A DNA stretch of 62,970 nucleotides, the filler included, from Hausera hauseri (taxonomy: Eukaryota), in assembly GCA_046269625.1 (NCBI GenBank). It is 12 parts of 12 records of this genome, joined end to end, with 100 filler letters (N's around TTAATTAATTAA, not from the genome) between each part and the next. Parts side by side here need not be neighbours in the genome. Positions count along the whole stretch, not along the records: positions 1 to 3,964 come from JBJURY010853966.1; positions 4,065 to 9,844 come from JBJURY010190749.1; positions 9,945 to 15,443 come from JBJURY010241516.1; 9 more parts are not named here. One strand, 5' to 3'. Position numbers and translations under genes: made by a program. Within the stretch, counting starts at the first letter, position 1. Each line of letters opens with the position of its first letter. Positions 1 through 12,635 of the stretch are shown here, piece after piece. The notes beneath the pieces were generated by a model. That model did no database searches. It was not told the DNA's origin and saw only the letters and a list, made by a program, of their open reading frames with translations.

Positions 1-10
1 ATAATAAGTA

Positions 11-494
11 ATGGCGACAGGATTTATAGATATTGGAGCTTTCCAAGATGATAATGCCCGGTACATAATAAAGAAATTATGCATTTTGGACGTAGGTAAC
101 ATTTTCAAACCGCTTGTCTACATATTCAAGCCCGGTATAGTGTGGAAAGACCTGATGGAAAAAGCAAAAATTACAAATGGATTTCTCTTTCGACATCGTC
201 ATGGACTTCATTGGTATGAAGGAGATTCAAACTTCTATGTGGCGTGTATTATGGAAGTGATTTGTTATCGTTTTGACATTGAAAATACAATATTTCACAT
301 TAAATATCAAATTAACGAACAAACGTTTACACAACTTTATTCACAGTTCCCCGTGTTGCAAATGACGACGTATTGAACAGCATCGAATGGCGATAGTATC
401 TGACAATATTAGATGTCAGTATCGTGATCATGGACCGAATTGTGCTTACAAAAAATGTCTAGGGCTTTGTACTGACTATATTTTATGCAAATAA
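11..494 (+). pseudogene. Maverick accessory gene, RNase H-fold/DEDD (Maelstrom-like) nuclease family, frameshifted
   Basis: IDIGAF...YIIKKLCIL...YIFKPGIVWKDL...NGFLFRHRHGLHWYEG, then after a frameshift CQYRDHGPNCAYKK (C-x4-H-x3-C). Matches my recollection of a family common in invertebrate Mavericks; the fold call is inference. Confidence 0.55.
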
Positions 495-496
495 AT

Positions 497-1025
497 GAAT
501 GTATTTCTCTTTTTCTTATTTCTTTCCGTAAATAAGGTCCACCGTGTTGGTCAATTGAATAATTCAAAACTATAAACACGGGTAAGTTACAGTAGTGACA
601 GTCATCTTCATTGAAATCGTTAATCAACTGAAGCAATTACAAAATTTTGACGAATTACCAATTTTAGACTTGGTACGATGGTGGCAAGTACTTGATAGTG
701 AGCTGCTTGCAAGAGCAGCATGTAATTTTGAATTTAAAGAATATTTAGCGTTAATAGCATCGATGAAAGCAACAGATTGTAGCTCTATATAAAAATCTAA
801 TTATTGTGTTAAATCAAATGTACATTCACCGATTGTAGGATACACATTACTTAAATACTGTTGAAAAGGTACGCGGTGAATTAGAGAACCTGAAAGCAAA
901 AACAATGGACAAAATACTAGACTGCCAGTTTGTGTGTACTATGTAAACAAAGAAAAGTCGATACGATATCTGTAATGTGCGGCCATCTCGTTGTCTGTCA
1001 AATGTGTTACACCACCAAAGTAACA
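497..1025 (+). pseudogene. IAP-type C3HC4 RING finger protein (Maverick cargo), 3' deleted
   Basis: CVLCKQRKVDTISVMCGHLVVCQMC at ~930-1010; homologous to the copy at 9207-9800. Confidence 0.7.
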
Positions 1026-1039
1026 CCATGTGTTACACC

Positions 1040-1198
1040 ATGGCGCAAATTGTCAGTTCTCACGGAGGAGAAACAGCAGCAGCAGCTTGGCCACCGGAAG
1101 GAACTAAAGGTCATCTAACATTGAAGTTTAAAGGATACAAGGAACGGTACGGCGTTAAATCACCAATATGGAAGCTGGGGAAGTTTACGCTGATTTGA
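1040..1198 (+). pseudogene. C-terminal remnant of unknown Maverick ORF (homolog of 8531-9000)
   Basis: MAQIVSSHGGETAAAAWPPEGTKGHLTLKFKGYK...WKLGKFTLI aligns with MAKLVSSYGGETATATGVLPQERAKGYL*LKLKGYK...CKLGKFTLI. Confidence 0.7.
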
Positions 1199-1318
1199 TT
1201 TCCCCTGTTTTTGATTTTAGTTTATGATGATTAATAAATTTTATTCACTTTTTTATTGTTTCTCGTCACAGTAAGTTAAATAGACAAATGTATGTAGATA
1301 AATTAAATGATAATAAAA

Positions 1319-3964
1319 CTAAAGGCAAATAGAAGGAACAATATTGCATGATAAAGCGACTTTTGTATTGGTCACCGTATACAGCTGATGCTCAATCGAT
1401 CGGATGATCGTTTGCGACACAACAACCTTTGATTGTCCTTCTTCTTCTTTATAGATACGGCGATAATCACCGTGGTTAATTTCCATCTGCTTCAGATGGA
1501 CACCTTTCGCATGCATTTTCGGTCCATAGTCCGTTAGACGACTGTAGCACTTTTGGCGTAGGAATATCCATTACCGATACTGGACACGACCTTCACTTTC
1601 ATTCTTGAAGCAGCCGATTTTGTTGGTGATAACGCTGCTGTACAACGTATGATCTGGAGCATAGTTGGGCATGTCCAGTTATCCATCTGCCATCATTTAC
1701 CGGAGCCGTTTGTTGTGATTGATGTTTTTCAGGTCAAAGAAAAAGCTGTCTGTGTCACCGTCAACGATACTGATCTCACAGCCGTCGAACATTTGCCGGT
1801 AGCGCGATACTGGAGCTCGTACATTCGCAACTTTTTCAGATACAATAAGACTTGTCTGATGTAACTTGGCCGGTCCAGAACAACTTCTTCCTGGTTTAAC
1901 AGCACCGTAATTAATCCATCGACATTGTGCATTACCGCCGAAACTGTGCCTTACTGGTGTACGTGACCAACCGCTTTTCACTATTGCACAGGCATGCATT
2001 AAGCCGCTTTTTCAGATTCTCCACTGTATTTCCGTACAGATAATTATTTTTTTAGCTTGTAATAGTCCTTTTCGAACTTCGTACAAGATGCGGCTTGTTT
2101 CTCCGAATTTCCATCTATGTACGTCTTGAATATGGGCGCCTAAGAAAATCGGATTGCACGATGCAGCTGTGTGACGCGCACACCGAGCTGCATGTAGAAC
2201 TGTAGCAGATGCTAATGAACCACGTAATTTATATTCGGTTCATGCGTCATGAGCAGTTTGTTCACTTTTGAGCCTAGCAAACATCGGTTAAATTTTGCGA
2301 CCGGTAAATAGTTTAAAATGTCATGAAGCTCATCTAATACCACGAGATCGACCTACATCAGGTATCCGACTGAGCCTGCCATGTCTGCTGGTGGTAGGTT
2401 GACCATTATGATGTCTAGATTTTGTCTGTCGACAACTCATTCGAATGAAGCGTACGGCAAGGGTTGCGAAAGCGCCCAGCCATATAGTTTATTATATCAA
2501 TATACAGCAGTTATGTGTTATCGGTAGCACTGACCTGATGCTTGTTGATAAATGTCATGCCGCCGCAAATACCAACATCAAACAGCCGGTACATTTTCGG
2601 GTCTTGCAGCAGCTCAATGTCTCGATTCTGTGATATTAGTGCTGACGCCGAACTCATTCTCGGTATGGAATAAAAGTTGAGTAACTCCAGTCTATCTTCA
2701 GCCAACGCTTTCACCAAAAACTCCTGGAACACATCAGCCAACAGGTACACGTCCAGTTTAAGATACTGCAGCATGTAATCCAACATGTTTATACAGCCGA
2801 GTTCTGTCCAACACCTCTGTGCTTTCCGGTATTCATCTTCTGCGATACCTATTCGTCGCGGCGGTAATTTCTCTGCTTTCTAAAGTCGCTCATACGATGT
2901 TGCAAAGTCATATGGGAATATGCCTTTGCTGCGTGCAATATGTGCAGGGAACTGACTCAGTGCTATCGGCACATCTGGCAAGGCATTTACCAGCTTTGTA
3001 AATGAATCGTTGAGAAATTGCAATGAATTAAGGAAGTGTACCTAGAACCGGTTTACACATGCAGACAGTGGCAGGTATATCTCCATCGTAGTCCGAATTA
3101 TGAATTCGCGGAAATTCGTTTTATTGCCCATTTCAAAATATGGTGACAATCATAATCCCTGAAGTTATGAAATACAACCGGCGGAATAGCCGCACATGCC
3201 TTGCCGAATTGCATTAATTACATGCTGCTCCAAGATATTGACCGGTAAAATGATCGTTGTCTAGTATGAGCTGTTCCTGTGCATCAAACGGTAATATTTT
3301 GTGGCACAGGTAACATTCATCTGTGACTGCAAACGTCAGGCGTTCATCCTCATCTGTCCACATCAAGGGTTTATTGCTATTTCTACTGTACCAGGATGCG
3401 ATTTCAGTTTTCGCCGTGGTTTGTAACTGCTGCAAGAAATCGAGTACAAAATTCCATCCATGGAAAACAAAATATTGATGTTGACAACCTGCGGCTTTTA
3501 TTGGGACAACCAACATACTAACGGCGATTGGAACATGTTTTTAGTCATGTATGTTTTGCCGTGGTAAGATAGCTTTGATATCGGCATATACTACATAAGC
3601 CGGACTGTCTGTTTTGACCAATCAATAAACGTGAGTTCATGTTTGCAAGCATGACATACATTGTGGTTCCTGACGAATTTTGTCTGCACAGAGTCACATG
3701 TTAATCCCATGTTGTTTCCGATCTGAATCAATGAAGACATACAGTACACCATCTACACTGTGTCCGTTTTTGAAGGAGAATATCATGCTCCACGTTCAGT
3801 AGTCTGTCTAGATTTATCACTGAAACGTAATGGTACTTTTCTTTTTGTTCCAGTAGCAACAAATTTACTGAGCGACTATTTGGGTTTCGACTACGATAGA
3901 TTATATCCACATGAGGATTTTTGTAAATTTCTTCATCCGCCGGTATTTCTACGATTGTGTTGTA
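1319..3964 (-). pseudogene. polB: Protein-primed family B DNA polymerase (Maverick/Polinton), many stops and frameshifts
   Basis: YVVYADIKAIL (ExoI), CYLCHK..DNDHFTGQYLGAACN (endoVII-like insert), FHNFRDYD (ExoII), YLKLDVYLLADVFQEF (ExoIII), IVDGDTDSFF (motif C), KVALSCN near the C-terminus. Confidence 0.93.
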
Positions 3965-4064
3965 NNNNNNNNNNNNNNNNNNNNNNNNNNNNNNNNNNNN
4001 NNNNNNNNTTAATTAATTAANNNNNNNNNNNNNNNNNNNNNNNNNNNNNNNNNNNNNNNNNNNN
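3965..4064. other. Artificial contig linker (N44-TTAATTAATTAA-N44). The same linker occurs at 9845, 15444, 20398, 25533, 30522, 34642, 39362, 48701, 52766 and 58827.
   Basis: Identical 100-nt spacer with stops in all six frames, repeated 11 times. Confidence 0.99.
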
Positions 4065-4267
4065 GTATCGAGGGTGAAATGAGACGAGAATGGCAACAAA
4101 GACAGCGGATTAATTTCCTCATTGGACTTGTATTTTCTGCTTCGCTTTTATTGTAATAAAAACGTTGATTGACCGTATTTAATCATATATATATTATTTT
4201 GATATGTTTGTTTTCGTGAATCAATATAATTTATTTTTTATATTTCAGTACAAATACTTGTGCTTCG

Positions 4268-4453
4268 TTACAGTATGACATCTTCAATACGTTTTATGAA
4301 GAGATATCGGACTATCAATTCAATATACTCACTCCTGCTCATTATCTTGGTTTCTGTAAACTCACATAAGTATTGAACATCATAGACATGTCCAGTCATT
4401 ATCTCATCTGTCAATTTCTGAATCTCGCTTTCTATGTACTCTTCAATTTTAAC
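4268..4453 (-). CDS. Small open frame divergent from polB, unknown product (no ATG; preceded by a possible acceptor ctatag)
   Basis: VKIEEYIESEIQKLTDEIMTGHVYDVQYLCEFTETKIMSRSEYIELIVRYLFIKRIEDVIL* is open for 61 codons. Confidence 0.3.
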   Translation of the reverse strand, partial: VKIEEYIESEIQKLTDEIMTGHVYDVQYLCEFTETKIMSRSEYIELIVRYLFIKRIEDVIL

Positions 4454-4613
4454 CTATAGCAATGTGCGCTGGAAATAAATGTTTATAGCCGAGTAAAGCT
4501 ACGTCTGAAACCACAATGGGGCGTGATAAGTTGTAATTTACGCGTATTTTAATTTTAATTATAAATTATTTAATATATAGCATTTAACATTACTTTAATT
4601 TATTTCAATTTAG

Positions 4614-7600
4614 AAATGTGTTCAATACCCTATATACTGCATCTCCAGCAGACATGAAGGTGATCAGTGTCGTAAACTGATGGCTAAATATTACACAATT
4701 GGCACGGACACATATGTGTGGCCAACGTGTATTGTTTCATCCAAAGGCCTGTACGCCAACTTTTATGAGGTGCGCAAGCGTCATCTCGGACCGTTTACTC
4801 GGTCTAAGAAGATGATGGTTATGAATTGCCCTTCCTACCAACGCCACTGCAATACTAAAGTGCACAACGTTAGTGGTTGTCATAGTGCAATGGAGCAGTA
4901 CTATGGCACCACAACGCTGCACAATAAATAGGCCTACGTGAGTCCGGGTTGTTCACTAGTTGCTGAAATCAACAGTGAACAATTATATAATCTGCACAAG
5001 GACCACTTAAACCAGTTTAAGCGGTCCAAGAAACAGCTAGTTATAGACTCAATGAAAAGCAGCAGCAACATCACCTCAAACCACCAGTAGGAAACGACAC
5101 GCCTCAACAAGTCTTGACTACTTAATCAGAAACAGTACCGAGCAGCAGCAGAAACAAGAAGAACAGGAGCAACAGGAACAGCAGCAACAGGAATCTGACA
5201 TTACTGTCAGGCACGATCTGAACAGATCGTACGTGGACATTGAGATACACATGTCAACAACAATAGCAACACAACTGAGACATGTACCGTCCAATGTGCG
5301 CCACCGGCTGGAATTCGAAGTGATGAAATTCCAACACAACTGTAAAGTGCAATATTATACACTTACAGAATTTGAAAATTTTTAAGGCGAAAGAAAACCG
5401 TTATACCTGTCATACCGAGCCATGCCATATTCAGAGGATTTTATTACTGACGTAGGCGAAAAACGCAACGAATAAATAACCACCTGTAACAAAAAGGGCG
5501 GTGGTTGGCGAATAATAAAAATTGTCACTCTCGGCTTTATCATAAAAAAGTTGAGTTACATAATATATTCGTCCGGATAATCATTCATACCGACACTTGC
5601 AGCTCTGAAGCAGTTTCTGATGGTGGTAGATGTACAAAACAAGAACGATGAATGCTGTTTTTTACAGTATTCTGGCTGTATTAAAATATGACAAAGCGGA
5701 CAGAAAACATACTAATCGTCCAAATCAGTATCGGCAGTATTTTTCCGAATTGGATTTCGATGAAACCTAGATGCCGATGCAACTAAAAACCACACCGACC
5801 TCTGAACGGCGTAATTTGACGTTGTCAATCAACGTTTTCCGGTAAAACTCAGTAGTCGAAATACCGGTAGATAAAGAAATCTATAAGAATCCCCATGTTG
5901 ATATAATCTATCGAACCAAAAAATCCAAATGGACGTCCAATAAATGTTTTGCTGTTGGAGCAGGCGGCAAAGTATCATTACGTGGCAGTGACAAATTTGG
6001 ATAGCTGGCTGAACATGGATTATGATCAGTTTATCAAAAAATGAATACGATGCAAATGGTGTCCTGTGTCTGCACGGCTTTAGATCAGAAACGACATAGA
6101 AAAAGCATGTTACGCTGTGCAGACAGAATGCAACACGAACAATAATATATGTCATGCCAGTAAAAAATAACTGGGGTTCAATGACTGGTGGAAACCTGTC
6201 AGTCCGGCATATGTGGTATATGCTGATATTAAGGCAATCCTACTATAGGACAGCGTCTATGATCAAAAACGTATTCCAGTTACCCTGGGGACCCTGATTG
6301 TCCCCATAAATGCCGCAAGGCAACTGCGTTTTTCATGTCTAGAACTGTGTATTCGATTTCCTGCATCAGTTGGAAACAATAGTTGAATCGGAATTTGTAC
6401 CGTGGTATCGTATTAACAGCAGAAAACCTCTGATTTGGACAAATGATGACGAACGCCTGACGTTTGCAGTCACATACGAATGTTACTTGTGCTACAAAAT
6501 ATTATCATTCAATGCACAGGAACGGCTCGTACCTGATCATTATCATTTACCTGTCGATTCCTAGTAGCAGCATGAAATTCATGCAATTTGGCAAGGCGTG
6601 TGCGGCCACTCCTACCGGTGGTCCTTCATAACTTCCGGGGTTATTATTGCAACATATTTTAAAATGGACCATAAACGGATTTCCGTACTGGGAGCTATCC
6701 GTAATCCCGACAACAATGGAGAAGTATTTGTCGTTGTCTCCACGTATAAACCGGTTAGAGATACGCTTCATTGATTCATAGCAGTTTCTGAATGAAACAT
6801 TGGCGAAGCTAGTTAATGCCGTGCCAGATGTACTGATAACAATGACTCAATTCTCTGTGCATATTGCGCGGCAGAGGCATATTCCCCTATGTCCCGGCGG
6901 CTCTAATATCACTGGACCGGGACACTGAGCTGTTGCAAGACCCGGAGATGTTGATATTCTCAGCGGCATGACTTTTATCAACAAGAAACACGTAACCAGT
7001 GATGATATAACGTCAATACTGTACATCGATATTAATAATATGTGCGGTTGGGCGCTTTCACAACCTTTGCCGCACAGTTCATTCAAATGGACAAGCAAGA
7101 GCTGGACGCAATAATAGAGAATCTGCCGACAGCATACACGGCAAAAGCAGCTCAATTGGTTACCTGATGAAAGTCAATTTCATTGTACCAGATGAGCTGC
7201 ATGACTTTCTGGATGAACTGCCGATCGCACCAATCATCAAATGTCCGCCGGGCTCAAAGGTGAGAAAACTGCTTATGACGCATGAATTCAATGTGGAATT
7301 ATATGGTTCATTGGCGTCTGCTGCAATTTTACATGCCGCTCGGAGTACAAGTCTACAATTGCATCGCGCAATCATGTTCAACCATGCGCCGACATTCAAG
7401 CCGTACATTGACGGGAATTTACAGAAAGGAGCCGCAGCTTGTACAAAGTTCGAAAAGGATTATTACAAGCTGAAAAAGAATTCCCTGTACGGCAAAATAG
7501 TTGAAAACATGAAAAAGCGACTTAATGTGCGCCTATGCACCAGCCAAACCGTTTGGTTACATACACCACCAAGAGGCAGTTCAAGCAGTCAATGCACATT

Positions 7601-8277
7601 GCCGATGGATTGGTTGCCGTGCTTTTAAACAAGGAAGACGTCGTACTGGACCTGCCAAGTTATATAGGACAAATGTTATTGGATCTGAGCAAGTTTCGGA
7701 TGTATGAGCTGCAGTACCGCAATTTGGCACGATACCGGTAAATGTTCGGCGGATGCAAGAGCAATATAATTGCCAGTGACACAGGTAGTTTTTTCTTGAA
7801 ATTAAAAAACGTCAATTGCTGACAACTACTGCAGGAAATGATGGCACGCTAATTACTGGACACGTCCAATTCTCCACAGAATGATCCAGTGTACAGCATT
7901 GACATCAGAAACAAAATTGTCTGCTTCAAGGATGAAAGTGAAGGTCGGCTTCAGTATCGGGAATGGATATTTCTACGGCCAGAATGTTATAGCCTCTTAA
8001 CTGACTGTGGACAAAAATGCGCGCAAAAGGAGTTCAGTTGGCCCAAATAGAAATAAATTACGGTGACTATCGCCATATCTATGAAGGAGGGGCAGAAGAA
8101 GGCGGAGGAGGAGGAGGACAATCAAAGTTTGTTGTGTCTCAAACGCTCATCCTATCAGTTGAGTACCAGCTGCATATGGTGACCAATAAAAAAGTCGCCT
8201 TATCATGCAATGATGATAAGCGTAAGTGGGTGGAGCGGAATAAAAGTTTGGCGTACGGACATTGGTATTTGGAATAA
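4614..8277 (+). pseudogene. polB: Near full-length Maverick pPolB, with N-terminal Cys/His repeats and Q/E-rich linker
   Basis: GGGWRIIKI..SFIPT..VDVQNKNDECCF (N-terminal region), YVVYADIKAIL, HNFRGYY, LYIDINNMCGWALSQPLP (motif A), KLKKNSLYGK (motif B), IASDTGSFF (motif C), KVALSCNDDKR..LAYGHW. The ExoIII region is deleted near 6890-6930. Confidence 0.95.
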
Positions 8278-8530
8278 AACCCTCACACGCACACACATGA
8301 ATTTGGTGCTGACGATGCAGAGAGATCAAAATGACCCATTTACTGTGACAATTCATTGTGATCTGTGTTTTGTAAATAGTGCATATTGTTTGTTATTTTT
8401 GCGTTTTGTTTTATTATTATTTAATTTATCTATATATTTATATATTTAACTAAATGTGACGAGAAAAAATATGAAAAACAAAATAAATAAAATTTATTAA
8501 TCATAAGCTAAAATAAAAAACAAAGCAAGT

Positions 8531-9000
8531 CAAATAAGCGTAAACTTTCCCAGCTTGCATATTGGTAATCTAATGCCGTGCATATCCTTGTATCCTTTCA
8601 ACTTCAATTATAGGTAGCCTTTAGCTCTTTCCTGTGGCAAAACTCCTGTTGCTGTTGCTGTTTCTCCGCCATATGAACTGACAAGTTTTGCCATATTTCC
8701 TTTAAGAAAAATTGATGGTGTATCTCGGATATCGTTACTCAACACCAAATCACTGTCAACTTTTCTAATTATGTCTTCCATCGTATCCAAATCATTGTCG
8801 TTAATCTTTTTCACCCATAGGCCATATTTAACTGGTTTGATTTTGACCGTTTGCGTTAATGGCAATTGAATAGCGATGTGTAAATAATGAAAGTTGTACC
8901 CATTATACAACCGAGAATTTCTGAGTTGATATTCTCTATATCTTGGCTTTTTTGAGAGACTCGCGGAACTGTCGCCTGAATTGTTTTCCAAAGACATTTT
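8531..9000 (-). pseudogene. Unknown Maverick ORF convergent with polB
   Basis: 139-aa ORF 8608-9027 continues in frame past one stop; its C-terminus is conserved in contig 1. Confidence 0.6.
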
Positions 9001-9206
9001 AAAGACAAACGTGAAATGAAATTGCATCCATGTTTATATAGAATTTGTTCATACCGGTTTGTTTTCATTGTAAGTAATAAACATTTACTTTGTGAGTATT
9101 GTCTCATATTACAATGATTCAAATATCTCATCACAATGGTACATACTAGATAAAATTACCCCCATGTCGTGGAAGCCAATGGCACTGTTTAGTTCCATTA
9201 TTTAAG

Positions 9207-9672
9207 TCATTCGTAATAAATATGTACAATTTCCATTATAGCACATTTACATTCTGGATACTGGGCTACTTTGGTGGAACACATATGACAAACAACGAGA
9301 TGGCCGCACATTAGGAATACCGTATCAACTTTTCTTTGTTTACATAGTACACATAAACTGATAGTCTCGTACTTTGTCCATTATCTTCTCTTTCAAGTTT
9401 TTTAATTCACCGCGTACCTTTTTAACGGTATTAACATAATTTGTGTCATACAATAGGTAAATGTACATTTAATTTACACAATAACCAGATTTTCTATAGA
9501 GCTGAAATCTTTTGTCATCAATGCTATTGATGCCAAATCTTCTTTCAATCAAAAATTACATGCTGCTGATACAACCAAATCACTATCAAGTACTTGCCAC
9601 CATCGTATCAAGTGTGAAATTGATAATCCATCAAAATGTTGCAATTGCTTCAATTTATCAACTATTTCCATG

Positions 9673-9710
<38 letters not shown>

Positions 9711-9800
9711 AACTACCCGTATTTATAGTTTTTGAATAATTCAACTGACCAATACGACTAAACATGTCATGGACCTTATTTGCAGAAGGAAACAGAAATG
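9207..9800 (-). pseudogene. IAP-type RING finger protein (Maverick cargo)
   Basis: LCVLCKQRKVDTVFLMCGHLVVCHMCSTKVAQYPECKCAIMEIVHIYYE*, a C-terminal RING with the IAP/MDM2-like VFLxCGHLVxC signature. Confidence 0.75.
9673..9709. repeat. (ATT)n microsatellite
   Basis: About 12 ATT units; absent from the homologous position in contig 1. Confidence 0.9.
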
Positions 9801-10936
9801 CGTATATATATGCATGAAGCATAGTCAATACAAAGCCGTAGACANNNNNNNNNNNNNNNNNNNNNNNNNNNNNNNNNNNNNNNNNNNNTTAATTAATTAA
9901 NNNNNNNNNNNNNNNNNNNNNNNNNNNNNNNNNNNNNNNNNNNNAAAATAACATTAGTCGAAATAGTTCACGATAAAATCAATTTTATTTAGTTTTCTGT
10001 CAAACAATTCTTTAATCCATTCAGACCTGATGTCCACTGTATGGACACCTACTATTTATGGAATATTTTGTATCTTTATCTGAGCGTATAAAACTAGTTT
10101 AACGTAGAACGGAGACATTTTCTACCGATTCAAATTGAAAAATAAACGTTCACACTTATTTTAGTCACGCGCAGCAGTTAACGGATTTTCGTTAAGATAC
10201 TTGAACGCAAATATAGAACTCATTTTGTGAAAAATGTCGTGTCCATTTATACCAGTACGTAGAAGTGTCCTCTCCACCGCACTCTTCTGATTAGTCCGCC
10301 AACCACTTTTCCCCACCTGATTGGTTATCCCTATCGTATCACTACAATTTTCTCACGATCCCCCCCTGGCCAAAAAGGAGGTCAAGTAATGAAGTTCTGA
10401 CCAAGGGATATCGATAGCTCGTGACTAGATGAGCACAAGATATTCGAGGTGCGGCTTATACAAATGTAAGGGAAAGGCACTAGAAGAGAAAGAAGCAAAA
10501 CAGGAAATGTGTAACGTATAAAGGAAAACATGTTGCTAGCACTCAGAAAATGTGTACAATGGATAAATCGATATTGGTAATTGCAATAGACACGGTTACA
10601 ACGTTGTCTCACCATGGGAATATGGGGAAAAATCGATGGGAAAATTTCAAATTGGTACAATTTCCCCTTGAACAAGTCAGGCAGTAATGGAAATGGGTTG
10701 AGCACAAAGGCCATAATTAGTTGAGCATTTCATATTATAGCCACCTCATGCTCAGACGATTAAGTCGGTGAAAAACGCCGTTGAAAATCAACATCATCAT
10801 TATTGTTACAAGTCAAATTTGAAGTTTGCATTTGCTTACAAAACCGATAATCGGTTTTCGTAACGTAATTTCACTAGGAACAAACCAAAAGCATCAGCAA
10901 CAAAATAATATATTCCACAAAACACAAAACGTTTTT

Positions 10937-11314
10937 TTACAAAAGCCATTGTAATGTACGCCACAATAAGCAGTAATGTCCATATAGTATAGTCATTGGA
11001 TGTTGATAATGAAGTCTATTATATTCAACACGGTATGATGCCGATGATTGTCTTTCAATTTGAGAAACTAACGATGACGGATACTAAAATCCGAGCAGAT
11101 AGAATACTCTGACAACGGTCGGATAGACGTATACAGCAATCCAATGATCGCCCGGCAAAGATGAAGTGTGTGTATTGGCAATGAAGCCGCCAGTTTGTCG
11201 TAAATCACGCGGCACACAGTACAGTGGAAACACGCCACGAAATATCGCGCATAAGGGCAATTTTCAGTAGTGACTGAGCTCAGTGGCGCTAAATGTAAAA
11301 TGTGATTCAAGCAT
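10937..11314 (-). pseudogene. Adenain-like cysteine maturation protease (Maverick PRO)
   Basis: Not in the ORF track. Read through two stops: FRGVFPL..FIANTHTSSLPGDHWIAVY..RVFYLLG..YQHPMTILYGHYCLLW. Confidence 0.88.
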
Positions 11315-11387
11315 AAAAATAGTAATCAAAATTACTTCATAGTACGACAAATAAGACGAAGAAAAGGTGAGACACAGCGGAATTTAT

Positions 11388-12620
11388 TTATACAATGACG
11401 GTTCCGTTTTTCGTTATTTCAACTTCGGCATCAAATACACCGTAAATGTACATCACGGTATACTGTTCCAACGCTTTAGCAAAGTGAATCTCCAGTCGTA
11501 GGTTTCCCTGCTGAGGTAGTTGCGTCTGTTCTACGTCATACTCCGGAGCCAAGACAAAGGTGAAGAATGGATAGATCGACTTGAACAAATACATCGATAT
11601 GCCATTGTTGACATTTTTGTTCAACAAACCCATGTTGCGTACGATAGATTGCTCATATGTGCAAACAAAATCGTTGGTCTCCAAATCATGCTTGTATATT
11701 TCAACAAAATTCGCATTCTTACCCAAACTGATGTAATTCACATTGCTATGCGTAAACGTTTCCGAATCGGTGGTATAACTGTCCGTTTGTTAAACAGTCG
11801 TTTCAAATTTAACGAGCACAAATTTCGGCAATCGCATGTCGCAAAACAGTACATCTTTGTAACACGTAGTTCAACTTTGGGTATGGTGTATAACACGAGT
11901 TCTGCGCGTTGTATCGGGTAGCAGGCATTTTGCGTTTCCAAGCCCAATTGATGTGCATTGAGCACAGATGGTTCCATCTTTACTCGATGTACGTATAATC
12001 GTGCCTCGGTAATTGTTAGTATGAGTTTGAGATTTGCAACGGCGTTTTCAAACAAAAGGCATTGTTACTGCGTTTGGGCCGAATCATGGCTTTAACACCG
12101 GGCAGTAGGTATTTCAGCTGATCGAAAAAGTCAAAGTACAGCGGTCCACACATTGTAAGTGCTTTTGATTCTTCCACCCATGCCTGACGGTTTGCTGCAG
12201 TGGCGTCATATCCTATGTTTTTCGTCAAATGAGTCGTTCCCGTGTCTGCACTGTAATTCAGAGCCGTTTCAATGAGTGCTTTGATACTGTATGGACTGGT
12301 GTTGCCTTCGATTTTGACGCTATTTAGAGTCAGTGAAACCTCCTGGAGCAGTGTGAGGAAAAGGTAATTGGCCGGTGTGACAGTGCCTGTTGAAGCGAGA
12401 ACCGTTGATGCATCCTTTTAACAATGACTTTTACATAGAGCAGCGTGTCATTAAAATCGAGATACTCTTTGTCCGATACCATAATCTGGATTTGAATGTC
12501 AATGTTATCGTCCGTTGAAAAAGAATCAACGGGGCAGATATCTTCAAATCCTGCATTGTCAATAACAACTTGTAGCGCGCCTTTGTCAAATATGCACAAT
12601 TCAGATTTTCCAGATGCCAT
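11388..12620 (-). pseudogene. Major capsid protein (double jelly-roll, Maverick PY/hexon-like)
   Basis: KSELCIFD..EYLDFNDTLLYVKV; GPLYFDFFDQLKYLLPGV; LTITEARLYVHRVK; GNLRLEIHFAKAL..YIYGVFDAEVEITKNG. Confidence 0.92.
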
Positions 12621-12635
12621 TTGTCTGTCTGTCTG

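Noticed and set aside
3965-4064. Recurrent TTAATTAATTAA as a biological repeat or CRISPR-like array
   Set aside because: It is always centred in a fixed N run, so it is an assembly linker.
9945-10930. Maverick terminal inverted repeat or packaging ATPase downstream of the protease
   Set aside because: No Walker A motif and no AG-dinucleotide terminus found, and similarity to contig 12 fades soon after the protease.
11068-11310. ORF-track protein MNHILHLAP... (and 62240-62440) as a real conserved gene
   Set aside because: It is an off-frame shadow of the protease, whose motifs lie in another frame.
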